The notes beneath the pieces were generated by a model, which was not told where the DNA came from, searched no databases, and saw only the letters and a program-made list of their open reading frames with translations. Positions 1 to 9,211 of a stretch of 64,000 nucleotides of DNA are shown piece by piece. How positions within the stretch are numbered: the stretch's first letter is position 1; every line of letters begins with the position of its first letter. The stretch is taken from NCBI GenBank assembly GCA_024231215.1, contig JAAEQR010000195.1, positions 78,755-142,754 on the forward strand, given 5' to 3'. The translations under genes and the position numbers were made by a program. The DNA comes from PVC group bacterium (lineage in GTDB: Bacteria; Omnitrophota; Gorgyraeia; B26-G9).

Positions 1-200
1 TTGATGAAGATGATAATAGGGTTGTATATAATTTGGTTTATAATCACTATAAATATACAGACAGCCCAAAGGCTAAATTTGTGCATGATAATTTTGAAGA
101 AGAAGCTAAGAAATTTGTAAAGGTCATGCCTTTAGAATATAAACGGATCTTGGAGCAAAGAAAATTGCAGGAACAACTGGGATTATCGGAGACAGAATAG
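1..200 (+). CDS. gltB: Glutamate synthase large subunit, C-terminal fragment (runs in from the window edge)
   Basis: Manual frame-3 translation gives ...NHYKYTDSPKAKFVHDNFEEEAKKFVKVMPLEYKRILEQ...ETE*, matching the GltB C-terminal FVKVMPxxYKR motif. It lies directly upstream of gltD. Confidence 0.85.
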   Translation, partial: DEDDNRVVYNLVYNHYKYTDSPKAKFVHDNFEEEAKKFVKVMPLEYKRILEQRKLQEQLGLSETE

Positions 201-217
201 AATGATTTAGTGGATAG

Positions 218-367
218 CGTAAAAATTCTCTTCGAGCGGCGGTTTTGAACGTGATTTTGACAAGGATGTTAAAATAGTGAGAACTCGCGGCTGCAAGGCA
301 GGAGGCCGCAGCAGGCTTAGCGAGAAGACGTGTTTTGGCGATATCTGATTGTTTGATATTTTTTATG
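218..367. repeat. Structured GC-richer intergenic element (MITE-like or cis-regulatory RNA) between gltB and gltD
   Basis: Imperfect terminal inverted repeats cgtaaaaattctc (218-230) and gatattttttatg (355-367). Internal hairpins at 254-275 and about 284-324 (ctcgc/gcgag, gctgc/gcagc). Confidence 0.35.
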
Positions 368-377
368 GAGGATAGTA

Positions 378-1823
378 ATGGGTGACGCAAGAGGTTTTTT
401 AAAAGTAAAACGCAAAAATACAGAATATCGTCCGGTATGTGAACGTGTGCTGGACTTTAAAGAAGTAACTATATTACGCAGCAATAAACATACTCGGGAA
501 CAGGCATCGCGTTGCATGGATTGCGGGACTCCGTTTTGTCAGTGGGCGTGTCCGGTAGCTAACTATATCCCGGAATGGAATGATCTTGTTTACCGAGGGC
601 ATTGGCAAAAAGCGTTTGATTTATTACAGGCGACAAATAATTTGCCGGAAATTACCGGCAGAATTTGTCCGGCTTTATGTGAGTATTCATGTGTGCTGGG
701 AATTAGCGACGATGCAGTTACAATCAGGGAAAATGAACTGGCGATTATCGAACATGCATTTAAAAACGGATACATCAAACCTAATCCTCCGAAAGTTCGT
801 ACTGGTAAAACAGTAGCGGTGATCGGTTCTGGACCAGCAGGTTTAGCTTGTGCTGATCAGCTTAATAAGGCAGGGCATGAAGTTACTGTTTTTGAAAAAG
901 ATGATAAAATCGGTGGGATTCTGCGTTATGGAATTCCTGATTTTAAGTTAGAAAAAAATATGATCGATCGGCGTGTGGATATTTATACAAAAGAAGGTAT
1001 TAATTTTAAAACAGGGATTGATGCAAGTAAAAATATTAAAGTAGAAGCTTTGAAAAAAGAGTTTGATGCGGTTTGTCTGACCGGAGGCTCCCGTGAGCCG
1101 CGGGATTTAAAGATAGAAGGTAGAGAATTAAAAGGTATTTATATGGCTATGGATTTTTTGATCCAGGCTAATCTGCGGGTTGATGGTAAAGAGGTAGCCG
1201 AAGAGGCATCGATCAATGCTAAAGGGAAGAGTGTCGTAGTTATTGGCGGTGGAGATACTGGAGCTGACTGTGTGGGGATTTCCCATCGGCAGGGAGCTAA
1301 TTATATAGTGCAAATTGAAGTCATGCCGCGGCCGGCTGAAAGCAGGACAAAAGATTTCCCCTGGCCGAGGTATCCGATGCTTTTAAAGAGCTCAACTAGC
1401 CATGATGAAGGCGGGGATCGGCAGTGGGCAGTACTTACTAAACGTTTTACCGGAGAAAATGGACAGGTAAAAAAACTTGAATGTGTACAGGTAGCATTTG
1501 TGAAAGATGAAAGTACAGGCCTGATGAGCATGAAGGAAATACCGGATAGTGAATTTGAAATAAATACAGATCTGGTTATCCTTGCTGTAGGATTTTTGCA
1601 TCCGGAGCATAATACAGTATTATCTGATTTAAAAGTAGAATTTGATCAGCGTGGGAATGTAAAGGCTGATGATAATTTCATGACCAACCAAAAAGGCGTT
1701 TTCGCCGCAGGTGATTTGCGTCGCGGACAATCTTTGATTGTCTGGGCAATATCCGAAGGTCGCAAATCAGCGCATCATATAGATACATATCTTATGGGTA
1801 ATAGCGAATTACCGGCCCTTTAA
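378..1823 (+). CDS. gltD: Glutamate synthase small (beta) subunit
   Basis: N-terminal [16 protein letters not shown]...CP Fe-S motif, GSGPAG and GGGDTG dinucleotide-binding motifs, [15 protein letters not shown]. Follows gltB. Confidence 0.95.
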   Translation: MGDARGFLKVKRKNTEYRPVCERVLDFKEVTILRSNKHTREQASRCMDCGTPFCQWACPVANYIPEWNDLVYRGHWQKAFDLLQATNNLPEITGRICPALCEYSCVLGISDDAVTIRENELAIIEHAFKNGYIKPNPPKVRTGKTVAVIGSGPAGLACADQLNKAGHEVTVFEKDDKIGGILRYGIPDFKLEKNMIDRRVDIYTKEGINFKTGIDASKNIKVEALKKEFDAVCLTGGSREPRDLKIEGRELKGIYMAMDFLIQANLRVDGKEVAEEASINAKGKSVVVIGGGDTGADCVGISHRQGANYIVQIEVMPRPAESRTKDFPWPRYPMLLKSSTSHDEGGDRQWAVLTKRFTGENGQVKKLECVQVAFVKDESTGLMSMKEIPDSEFEINTDLVILAVGFLHPEHNTVLSDLKVEFDQRGNVKADDNFMTNQKGVFAAGDLRRGQSLIVWAISEGRKSAHHIDTYLMGNSELPAL

Positions 1824-1845
1824 AGTTTCCAAAAAATCATATATT

Positions 1846-1875
1846 TTGACAAAACTTTCCTCTCGGGGTTATAAT
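1846..1875 (+). promoter_or_regulatory. Sigma70-type promoter of the rho-like gene
   Basis: Perfect consensus TTGACA (1846-1851), 18-nt spacer, TATAAT (1870-1875). Confidence 0.7.
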
Positions 1876-1953
1876 AATATAACCATCCGATTTTAAAATC
1901 ATAAAGGTTAAAGAGCTTCCTAATAATAAAAATAGATTAAGTAAGGAGTATGT

Positions 1954-2946
1954 ATGCGTTCATTTGGTTCTAATTCGCGACGTGGACAATCGCGGCAAAA
2001 ATCACATCATCATGGAAGATCACGACCGCAGCAACGTTCGCATATGTCGACGCGCAGGGTTGCTTCAGCTGATGAGAAAAAATTCATTGCCGGAACAGCA
2101 GTAGATCCGCATCCGCGTATTATTCTTGAGAAGGGCAGTGATGACTTGTCTGTTCGTGCACTTGATCTTATTTGCCCGATAGGAATGGGACAGCGTGCGC
2201 TTGTGGTGTCATCTCCTGGATTGGGTAAGACGACATTTTTAAAAAATATCTGTCATGCAGTATCAAACGGGTATCCCGAGATGAAGGTATATTGCGTTCT
2301 TGTTGATGAGCGCCCCGAAGAGGTGACGGATTTTACGCGGAGTGTGAATGCTAATGTATATTCTTCGTCCATAGATCATAGTCATGAAAGTCATATTAAG
2401 ATTGTTGATACTGTTATGCTGGAAGCTTTTAAGGAAGCGGTCGCAGGGCATAATGTGATGATATTGCTTGATTCGCTTACACGTCTGGCGCGAGTACATA
2501 ATACACAGCATCGAGGTAGTGGACGTACACTTTCCGGAGGAGTGGATGCTGGTGCACTTGAAGTACCACGTCGTATTTTTGGTGCTGCCCGGAATGTAGA
2601 AGGTTTGGGCTCGATAACGATTATTGCGACGATTTTGGTTGATACAGGCAGCTGCATGGATAATGTTATATTTGAGGAATTTAAAGGCACGGGGAATATG
2701 GAGCTGGTGCTTTCAAAGCAACTAGCAGCTAATCGGGTGTTCCCGGCAATCGATGTGTTAAAGAGTGGGACCAGGCGGGCGGAGCTTTTGTTTGAGCCGG
2801 AAGAATACAGACGCCTTGAATTGTTACGCCGGGGGATGGCTATGGCTAATAGTGTCTCTGCCATGGAAAAGCTGATAGATTTGCTTGGGAAATATCCGAA
2901 TAATAGCGATCTTTTAGAATCATTTAAGGATTTTAAAATTAGTTAA
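1954..2946 (+). CDS. rho: Rho-family ATPase (short Rho paralog with no N-terminal helical/OB-fold RNA-binding domain and an R/S/H/Q-rich N-tail)
   Basis: PIGMGQRALVVSSPGLGKT (Walker A), DERPEEVT, LLDSLTRLAR, SGRTLSGGVD (Q-loop), FEEFKGTGNMEL (R-loop), FPAIDVLKSGTRR. Only 330 aa. RBS aaggag upstream. Confidence 0.85.
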   Translation: MRSFGSNSRRGQSRQKSHHHGRSRPQQRSHMSTRRVASADEKKFIAGTAVDPHPRIILEKGSDDLSVRALDLICPIGMGQRALVVSSPGLGKTTFLKNICHAVSNGYPEMKVYCVLVDERPEEVTDFTRSVNANVYSSSIDHSHESHIKIVDTVMLEAFKEAVAGHNVMILLDSLTRLARVHNTQHRGSGRTLSGGVDAGALEVPRRIFGAARNVEGLGSITIIATILVDTGSCMDNVIFEEFKGTGNMELVLSKQLAANRVFPAIDVLKSGTRRAELLFEPEEYRRLELLRRGMAMANSVSAMEKLIDLLGKYPNNSDLLESFKDFKIS

Positions 2947-2955
2947 AGGGACTCT

Positions 2956-3528
2956 ATGAGAAAATATTTAAAAATATTTTACGTGACAATAGGACTAATT
3001 CTAATGCCCTCTGTTTGTTTTGCGGATGGAGGAGGACCAATATTATTGCTGATTAATGGATATGCTTTTAGTGTCGGGCAAATTTGGATTATGTCTGTGG
3101 AATTTGGCTATCTTTTTTTATGGTTAAAATCCTTATCTTTTTCGAAATGGAAAATTTTTAAAATAACATTTATTATGAATCTTCTTTCAACTTTGCTGGG
3201 TGCTATTTTATTTCCGTTATTGCTGGCGATCGTAACATTCCCTGGATTATTATATATGAATACTAAATGGGGCGGATTGCTGATGGCTCTTGGCACCTGG
3301 ATAGCGGGTGATAACTCGCCTAATTCTGAAGTTGCAATCGGTGCCGCAGTAGTTGGGTTTTTTATAACATTTATTTTAACGATATGGATTGAGTATAAAT
3401 ATCTTAAAAGATTATCGCGAAAAAAACAGATAGATTTTGGAAAGAATCTTTTCAAGCATTGTATTTATTTTAACATAATAAGTTATACAGGATTAATAAC
3501 TTTGTTTTTTGTTCTTCAAAGATTATGA
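2956..3528 (+). CDS. Hypothetical multi-pass membrane protein
   Basis: 190-aa ORF with a signal-like N-terminus and several hydrophobic segments; tightly coupled to the rho-like gene. Confidence 0.7.
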   Translation: MRKYLKIFYVTIGLILMPSVCFADGGGPILLLINGYAFSVGQIWIMSVEFGYLFLWLKSLSFSKWKIFKITFIMNLLSTLLGAILFPLLLAIVTFPGLLYMNTKWGGLLMALGTWIAGDNSPNSEVAIGAAVVGFFITFILTIWIEYKYLKRLSRKKQIDFGKNLFKHCIYFNIISYTGLITLFFVLQRL

Positions 3529-3571
3529 AATAGTGGTTATAAATAAAATAAAGATATAAGGAGATATTGTA

Positions 3572-4639
3572 GTGAAAACTTTACGCATAATAATTTCCGG
3601 GTTCTATATTTTATTGTTTTTTTTTAGCCTGGTTGTTTTTGCCCAAACGATTGAGAATCGTCCGATACAAGTTGATGCGCATTCTTCAGAATATAATTCT
3701 TTTCTTCATTACTACACTGATCTTATTCGCAAGTTCAAAGTAACAACCGTAGAAGATCAGGACTATGTGTATCTGGATCAGCTTGTTGAAAAAGCGCGTA
3801 GTCTTCGTACCGAAGAACCTTTAACTGTGGAATCCTGCAAAAAAATTTTAAAAGAACTTGAAAGAATTATTGATGAGGAGGAAGCGTTCAATATTGGTAC
3901 TTTAGCATATACTCGGGTTATTCTGCCGATAGGATGGAAGGGCAAGCACTGTTTTTATCGCTCGCTCATGTTTCATTCATTAGGGCAAGAGGCAGGAATA
4001 CCGATTTATGTTTTTGCTACTCCTAAAGGTAAAGCTTCAGAATTATATCATTTTGCGAATCGGGTAGATCTCGACGGTAAACATTCTATAAAGGATCAAC
4101 AGAGTCCGGATAATGAAGGAGATTTTTGTTATGAAGCAACAAGAGATGTTTTTTGTGAAGATGCATACTATTTGAAAAACTATAATTTTACCCCGGAAAT
4201 GATAGAAAAAGAAGTCTATGGCCGAAACTTAGATGATAATGCAACTATTGCTGCTTTTGTGGGACATCTTTATAAATATAAAAAAAAGGATAAAAGAAAG
4301 TTAGTTGAGCACTTATCTTTATTGCAGCCAATAGCAGATGTTCTCATGAAATACGGTGATGTTCCGACAGACTGGATTAGCGCGGGTAGTGCCTTGCGGA
4401 CGTATGCGGAGTATCGAGAGAAAAGTCTGGCTCCGCGTATGAGCGCTACGGAGGATAAATGGCGTCTTAGGGCTGAAATGCTCAAGATTATGGAACGGGC
4501 ATTGGATTGTTATAATAAAGCTTTATCAATGAATGATACGGACTGGATTATAAATAGATCGGTTCATCAATATAAGAAGTTCGTTGAAGATGTTAGGGAA
4601 TCAGTTGAAAAATATTATAGTCATAGTTGGAAGAAATAA
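3572..4639 (+). CDS. Secreted hypothetical protein, possible transglutaminase-like Cys-His-acid core with a C-terminal TPR-like helix
   Basis: Signal peptide (VFA-Q). HCFYRSLMFHSLGQEAGIPIYVFATP...HFANRV...CYEAT pattern. ALDCYNKALSMN is TPR-like. Confidence 0.55.
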   Translation: MKTLRIIISGFYILLFFFSLVVFAQTIENRPIQVDAHSSEYNSFLHYYTDLIRKFKVTTVEDQDYVYLDQLVEKARSLRTEEPLTVESCKKILKELERIIDEEEAFNIGTLAYTRVILPIGWKGKHCFYRSLMFHSLGQEAGIPIYVFATPKGKASELYHFANRVDLDGKHSIKDQQSPDNEGDFCYEATRDVFCEDAYYLKNYNFTPEMIEKEVYGRNLDDNATIAAFVGHLYKYKKKDKRKLVEHLSLLQPIADVLMKYGDVPTDWISAGSALRTYAEYREKSLAPRMSATEDKWRLRAEMLKIMERALDCYNKALSMNDTDWIINRSVHQYKKFVEDVRESVEKYYSHSWKK

Positions 4640-4647
4640 CGCAGGTT

Positions 4648-5610
4648 TTATTTTTTTGCTGCCTTGATTGCATCTATTGCTTCCTGACAGTGCTTTTTAA
4701 ACGTATACCTTTCTTTTTTATCTGGTGGTAAATTATATTTGAGCGCATGCTCTAAATAATCTAAAGCGTCGTTTCCGTAGTGCACCAACAATTCTTTGCA
4801 TTTCTTGGGGAATATCACGAATTTTTTTTCCAAAGCAGGTAAAATATAAGGCGTTGCTTTTGGGCCGTATTCTTTAAGCGCATCAAAAGCTACTTGTTGT
4901 AAAGGGGTCAATGTTCTTACTTCTGTCCTCCAGCCGCGTTCTGTATAAAATGCATAAGCAAAGTTTGGCATGGCTTCGTTTGCATTGAATTTTTTTGCGA
5001 TCATCGCAGACTCTGTTCTTGCTTTGCACATCGGATTATTGATGCCCTGGATGGCGATTTTAGTGGCTGGCTCTGCGGCCTTACCCATTTGCAATAGAGC
5101 TTGCCCGCAGGCTTGGGCAAAATATCTATTTTGATTTTTTAATCCGCTAGTAAGTAAAGAGATTGTTTCATTGTTAGATTGCCCTATTTTCCCTAATGCT
5201 TCTGCCGCTGCGGTTTTAACTTGAATATCCGGGTCATTAAGCTTTTCGGTAAGGGATTCTATTATCTCCGGAGCAGAATAATCAAGTTCTCCTAAAGCCT
5301 GACAGGCTTTTATTCTCTGCTTCGGGTCTTTATCTGTAAGTTGTTTAATTAACCCGGAAGGATTGTTGTTAATAATTGGTTGTTCGGGAACTTTTTTTTC
5401 AGGTAGTGGTTTTTTAACCGCCGGGACTATATTAGTTTTTTTGATTTTTGCAGGCTTAGCAGATGTTTTAGTTAAAGTAATAGGTGGTGGCTGCTGTTTC
5501 TTTTTTGATTTAGAGAGTTTGGGAATGAATAGGACAATCAGGGAAATAAACCCTACCAATATCACGATAACTGTTACTAATTCAAACATGATTTTTCGAG
5601 GCATTTTCAT
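4648..5610 (-). CDS. Membrane-anchored HEAT (PBS-lyase-like) repeat protein
   Basis: N-terminal TM helix, K/P-rich linker, repeats LTDKDPKQRIKACQALGEL and LNDPDIQVKTAAAEALGKI. Confidence 0.75.
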   Translation of the reverse strand: MKMPRKIMFELVTVIVILVGFISLIVLFIPKLSKSKKKQQPPPITLTKTSAKPAKIKKTNIVPAVKKPLPEKKVPEQPIINNNPSGLIKQLTDKDPKQRIKACQALGELDYSAPEIIESLTEKLNDPDIQVKTAAAEALGKIGQSNNETISLLTSGLKNQNRYFAQACGQALLQMGKAAEPATKIAIQGINNPMCKARTESAMIAKKFNANEAMPNFAYAFYTERGWRTEVRTLTPLQQVAFDALKEYGPKATPYILPALEKKFVIFPKKCKELLVHYGNDALDYLEHALKYNLPPDKKERYTFKKHCQEAIDAIKAAKK

Positions 5611-5706
5611 ATGTCATCCTTTATGGTTAATAGTATCGCATTTAGTTTTTTTTGTAAATAATTAATCTTACTATGATATGATGAGAAAGGAGAGGATGAT
5701 TTAAAG

Positions 5707-5925
5707 ATGAGCGAACAACAAACAAATGATCCATTGCACGGCGTGACGCTTGAGAAGATCGTGAATAGTTTGGTCGAGCAGTATGGCTGGGACGTCTTAG
5801 GCGAACGCATTAATATCCGGTGTTTTACTAATGATCCATCCGTAAAATCCAGCCTCAAATTTCTGCGAAGAACTCCCTGGGCAAGGAAAAAAGTCGAGAA
5901 CTTATATCTGGAAATTTCTGAATAA
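5707..5925 (+). CDS. VF530/DUF2132 family small putative DNA-binding protein
   Basis: [10 protein letters not shown]...[33 protein letters not shown] family signature. Confidence 0.9.
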   Translation: MSEQQTNDPLHGVTLEKIVNSLVEQYGWDVLGERINIRCFTNDPSVKSSLKFLRRTPWARKKVENLYLEISE

Positions 5926-6122
5926 ACTATATATCCTAATTCCCGGGATTCACATCCAGAACAAAAGATTATAGATAAGATTGTTTTTCTTGAGACAGAC
6001 TTGTAGATGTCTAATGGATAATGCTATAATACGTATTATGAAAACAACTCATTTTTTAAACCCAGATTAGTGATATTCGCTGTGAGCTAATGCATGATTT
6101 GGGTTAATAAAGGGGAATCAAT

Positions 6123-6614
6123 ATGAATAAATCGAAAATTAAGACAGTTTTTATTTTAATTTTCTGCGTATGTATATTAGCACAGGCCATGATGTGCTTT
6201 GCTCAAGCTGAGCAGTTTAAAGCTAGTTATCCGGAAAATAGGGTAAGATCATTTGTGCATTATTTTTTCTCTCTTTTTGAGAAAAAGCCAAAAGATGTTG
6301 ATGCGATTGTTGCTCTTTTGGCTAAAGATAATTTAAAGATGGTTTATCCATGGGGGCAGATACATTCAAAACAGGAGGCAAGGAAGTGGATAACCGAAAT
6401 CCCAAAAGAGGTGCAGGACGCGCATCATATAAAAAATGTTAAAATAGAAATTTTAGAAGACGGGCGGTATTTTGTGACATTGGATGTGTTATGGCATAAT
6501 ATAGGACCGGAAGGACATTTCCAAGAGAAACAGCTAATATATGAATTGGAGTTGGTTGATGGGGGCGGGAGGTTTCCCTTAATTGTAAGTCTTCTTTCAA
6601 AAGAAGCGAAATGA
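6123..6614 (+). CDS. Secreted hypothetical protein (possibly NTF2/SnoaL-like fold)
   Basis: Signal peptide, RBS aagggg, and an alpha-then-beta pattern resembling SnoaL-like domains (inference). Confidence 0.6.
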   Translation: MNKSKIKTVFILIFCVCILAQAMMCFAQAEQFKASYPENRVRSFVHYFFSLFEKKPKDVDAIVALLAKDNLKMVYPWGQIHSKQEARKWITEIPKEVQDAHHIKNVKIEILEDGRYFVTLDVLWHNIGPEGHFQEKQLIYELELVDGGGRFPLIVSLLSKEAK

Positions 6615-6627
6615 CAGGGAACAACCT

Positions 6628-7188
6628 ATGAAATTAAAAAAAAGCACATATGTATTATTGATTTGTCTTGTTATTTGTTTTGGTTTTTTTGTTTGGACTG
6701 TTTTGTATACAGGAACACCAATGAGGAACGGTCTTTATTTGAGATATAAGTTGGTGCAGAACGGGGTGGATATTGAGTCTTATCAAAAATTTTCTTTTTC
6801 CAGAATCAATCTCAGGTATTTTACTGTAGATATCGAATCTAAGGGGTTGATTGAAAGTAAAGGCAAAGACAGGGTTGATTGTTATTTTACAAATGAAGAA
6901 GATTGTTTATTGACCGGGCCGGTTGGCGGATTGCTCTGGATAGATCCTGACGATTTCAAAAAAGATGCTATAATTGCCGGAAGCCAGGTACAAAAGACCG
7001 CGGCCTGGAAAGGGTATAATGTTTGGGTCCTAAAAGATCAGTCTTTGGAAAATTGTTACGGTTATTATGATCAGCGGACAGGATTACAAGTGGGTTTTGA
7101 AAATCAGTGGTCTTCTAAAAAACTTGAAGCTATATTAACGCAGACAAATGCGAAGGTATTGGGTTCTACTTATTTGGAGAAGAAATGA
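6628..7188 (+). CDS. Hypothetical membrane-anchored or exported protein
   Basis: 186-aa ORF with an N-terminal hydrophobic helix; operonic spacing. Confidence 0.65.
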   Translation: MKLKKSTYVLLICLVICFGFFVWTVLYTGTPMRNGLYLRYKLVQNGVDIESYQKFSFSRINLRYFTVDIESKGLIESKGKDRVDCYFTNEEDCLLTGPVGGLLWIDPDDFKKDAIIAGSQVQKTAAWKGYNVWVLKDQSLENCYGYYDQRTGLQVGFENQWSSKKLEAILTQTNAKVLGSTYLEKK

Positions 7189-7883
7189 GCGTAATTGATT
7201 TTTGGAAAAGTTTTGAGCATATAAAATATATATATTTATTTGGTACAATCAGTTTAGTTGTGTTTGCGTGTATTTTCTATGCTTGGCTTAGCAAGAAACA
7301 GACCGAGTGGCAGCGAAATGTTTTAGGACGATTAGGGCTTGTTTTTGTTAATCATCTGCGCGAAGAGATGTTTGAGGAGTTAAAGGGATTCAAGCTTTTT
7401 AATATAGGATATGCTAAAAAAATAACATATGTTTTAACAGGAGAGATGGAGGGCATATCCTGGAAGATTTTTGATTACCAGTATTCAGTAAAATCTGGAC
7501 GGCGCACAGCGACTTATATACAGACTGTTGCTTATACGGAGTTTTCCGGTTTAAGTCTTCCGAAGTTTTTAATAGAGCCGAATTCGTTTCTACATAAAAT
7601 TGGAGATGTGTTTAAAACTAATGATATTAAGCTTGAGGCGTTTCCTGTTTTTTTAAAACGATATACTTTGCGAGGAAAGGACGAGGTGCGTATTAAAAAA
7701 TTGTTTACTCCTCAAATAGTTGATTTCTTTGAAAAACGGAACCGAGCGGTTACGATTGAAGCAGAGGGTAGTAAAATAATAATTTATTATTTAAAAGTCA
7801 AAATTCCTTTGCCAGAGCTAAAAGATATCATTGTAGATGAGGCTGGAATTGTGAAAACTTTTGAAACACATTGTTCTAAATAA
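7185..7883 (+). CDS. Hypothetical single-pass membrane protein
   Basis: 232-aa ORF whose start overlaps the upstream stop (ATGA); N-terminal TM helix. Confidence 0.7.
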   Translation: MSVIDFWKSFEHIKYIYLFGTISLVVFACIFYAWLSKKQTEWQRNVLGRLGLVFVNHLREEMFEELKGFKLFNIGYAKKITYVLTGEMEGISWKIFDYQYSVKSGRRTATYIQTVAYTEFSGLSLPKFLIEPNSFLHKIGDVFKTNDIKLEAFPVFLKRYTLRGKDEVRIKKLFTPQIVDFFEKRNRAVTIEAEGSKIIIYYLKVKIPLPELKDIIVDEAGIVKTFETHCSK

Positions 7884-7902
7884 TCTATCTGTCACAAACC
7901 AG

Positions 7903-8046
7903 CTACTCTTTTGTATTAATATCTATTTCTTCCACTTCAAAATTAGTGCTTAATGCAAATATATTTTCTAAAGCCTGTTGTACATCTTCGGCTGTGAGTT
8001 TTTCCGTGCAGTTATTATGTCTTATTTTTACAATCAGCTCCTTCAT
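7903..8046 (-). CDS. Small hypothetical protein (47 aa, MKELIVKIRH...INTKE)
   Basis: Strong RBS (GGAGGGGG) upstream of ATG 8046 on the minus strand; divergent from the nfn operon. Confidence 0.5.
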   Translation of the reverse strand: MKELIVKIRHNNCTEKLTAEDVQQALENIFALSTNFEVEEIDINTKE

Positions 8047-8198
8047 TGCTTCCCCCTCCGTGGCAAAGATAGAATATAATATTATAAAGTAATTGCTATT
8101 GAAAAAAATATACAAGAATATTTTATTATATTCAAAAGTGATGTTTTGTCAAGAGTAAGATGTATACTTTTTGTGATTAATTTTTAAGCATTTTTTCC

Positions 8199-8227
8199 TT
8201 GACATGATTTATTGATTGTGATAGGTT
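8199..8227 (+). promoter_or_regulatory. Sigma70-type promoter of the nfnAB-icd-gdhA operon
   Basis: TTGACA (8199-8204), 17-nt spacer, TAGGTT (8222-8227) with an extended -10 TG. Confidence 0.55.
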
Positions 8228-8236
8228 TGGAGATGC

Positions 8237-8291
8237 AGAACAAAGGCGTTCTCTCAGTGATTACAACCGGGAGAATGCCTTTTTTGTTTTT
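8237..8291 (+). promoter_or_regulatory. Leader attenuator: ANTAR-type hexaloop hairpin overlapping an intrinsic terminator
   Basis: AGAAC-AAAGGC-GTTCT hairpin (8237-8252). The alternative terminator stem pairs AAAGGCGTTCTC (8242-8253) with GAGAATGCCTTT (8271-8282) and is followed by a U-tract. Confidence 0.75.
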
Positions 8292-8337
8292 GAACTATAA
8301 ATCATTTTCGTAGAGATATTTATTATAGGAGACTGTA

Positions 8338-9171
8338 GTGAAAATATTAGAAAAAGAGCGTATTGCGGAAAACCTAACTAAATTTGTTATTAATGCGGAA
8401 CTTATTGCTGAAAAGGCCCTGCCGGGGCAGTTTATTATTCTTATGGGATGGAAAAAGGGCGAACGCATTCCGTTGACAATTGTCGATGCCGATAAAGAGA
8501 AAAAAACGATCACCATAATTTTTCAGGAAGTGGGATACACTACTAAATTATTAGGGAAGATGAATGCCGGGGATTCTTTGTATTCTCTGGTCGGACCTCT
8601 GGGAGAACCAACCCCGATTAAAAATTATGGCAAAGTTATTATTTTAGGTGGGGGAGTGGGTATTGCCGAGCTTTTGCCGGTTGTGCGTGCTTACAAAGAG
8701 GCAGGATGCGTGATTACCTCGATTCTTGGCGGTCGGACCTCTGATCTAGTAATTTTGCAGGATCAGATAAAAGAGTTTTCAGAAGAGTTATTTATAACTA
8801 CGGATGATGGATCATTAGGGGAAAAGGGGTTAGTAACCGATCCTTTAAAACAGTTGCTTGAGAAAAATTCAGATTATGGTTTAGTGTTTTGTGTCGGGCC
8901 GGTTCCGATGATGAGAGCGGTATCTAATGTGACGCGGCCATTTAAAATAAAGACGTTAGTCTGTCTTAATTCGATTATGATTGATGGCACAGGTATGTGC
9001 GGTGGTTGCCGGGTTACAGTGGGCAATAAAACAAAATTCACTTGCGTTGACGGACCTGATTTTGATGGACATGAAGTTGATTTTGAAGAGCTTATGGTTA
9101 GACAGAAAAGATTTATAACGCATGAAAAGCAGTCTAAATGTAAGCTAAACAAGTATGTAAAAGATGAATAA
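8338..9171 (+). CDS. nfnA: NfnA/SudB-type FAD/[2Fe-2S] subunit of electron-bifurcating transhydrogenase
   Basis: PGQFII, GERIPLTI, GPLG, GGGVGIA, MIDGTGMCGGCRV...CVDGPDFDGH. Paired with the GltD-like large subunit. Confidence 0.85.
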   Translation: MKILEKERIAENLTKFVINAELIAEKALPGQFIILMGWKKGERIPLTIVDADKEKKTITIIFQEVGYTTKLLGKMNAGDSLYSLVGPLGEPTPIKNYGKVIILGGGVGIAELLPVVRAYKEAGCVITSILGGRTSDLVILQDQIKEFSEELFITTDDGSLGEKGLVTDPLKQLLEKNSDYGLVFCVGPVPMMRAVSNVTRPFKIKTLVCLNSIMIDGTGMCGGCRVTVGNKTKFTCVDGPDFDGHEVDFEELMVRQKRFITHEKQSKCKLNKYVKDE

Positions 9172-9211
9172 CTGATAATGACTTTTAACTTTAATACAGG
9201 AAATAAAAAAT

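Noticed and set aside
124-517. Minus-strand ORFs 124-390 and 317-517
   Set aside because: They overlap gltB and gltD antisense and have no recognisable motifs.
6058-6106. Hairpin aacccagatt...gatttgggtt upstream of ORF 6123
   Set aside because: Single weak stem with no U-tract, no ANTAR-type loop and no riboswitch consensus recognised.
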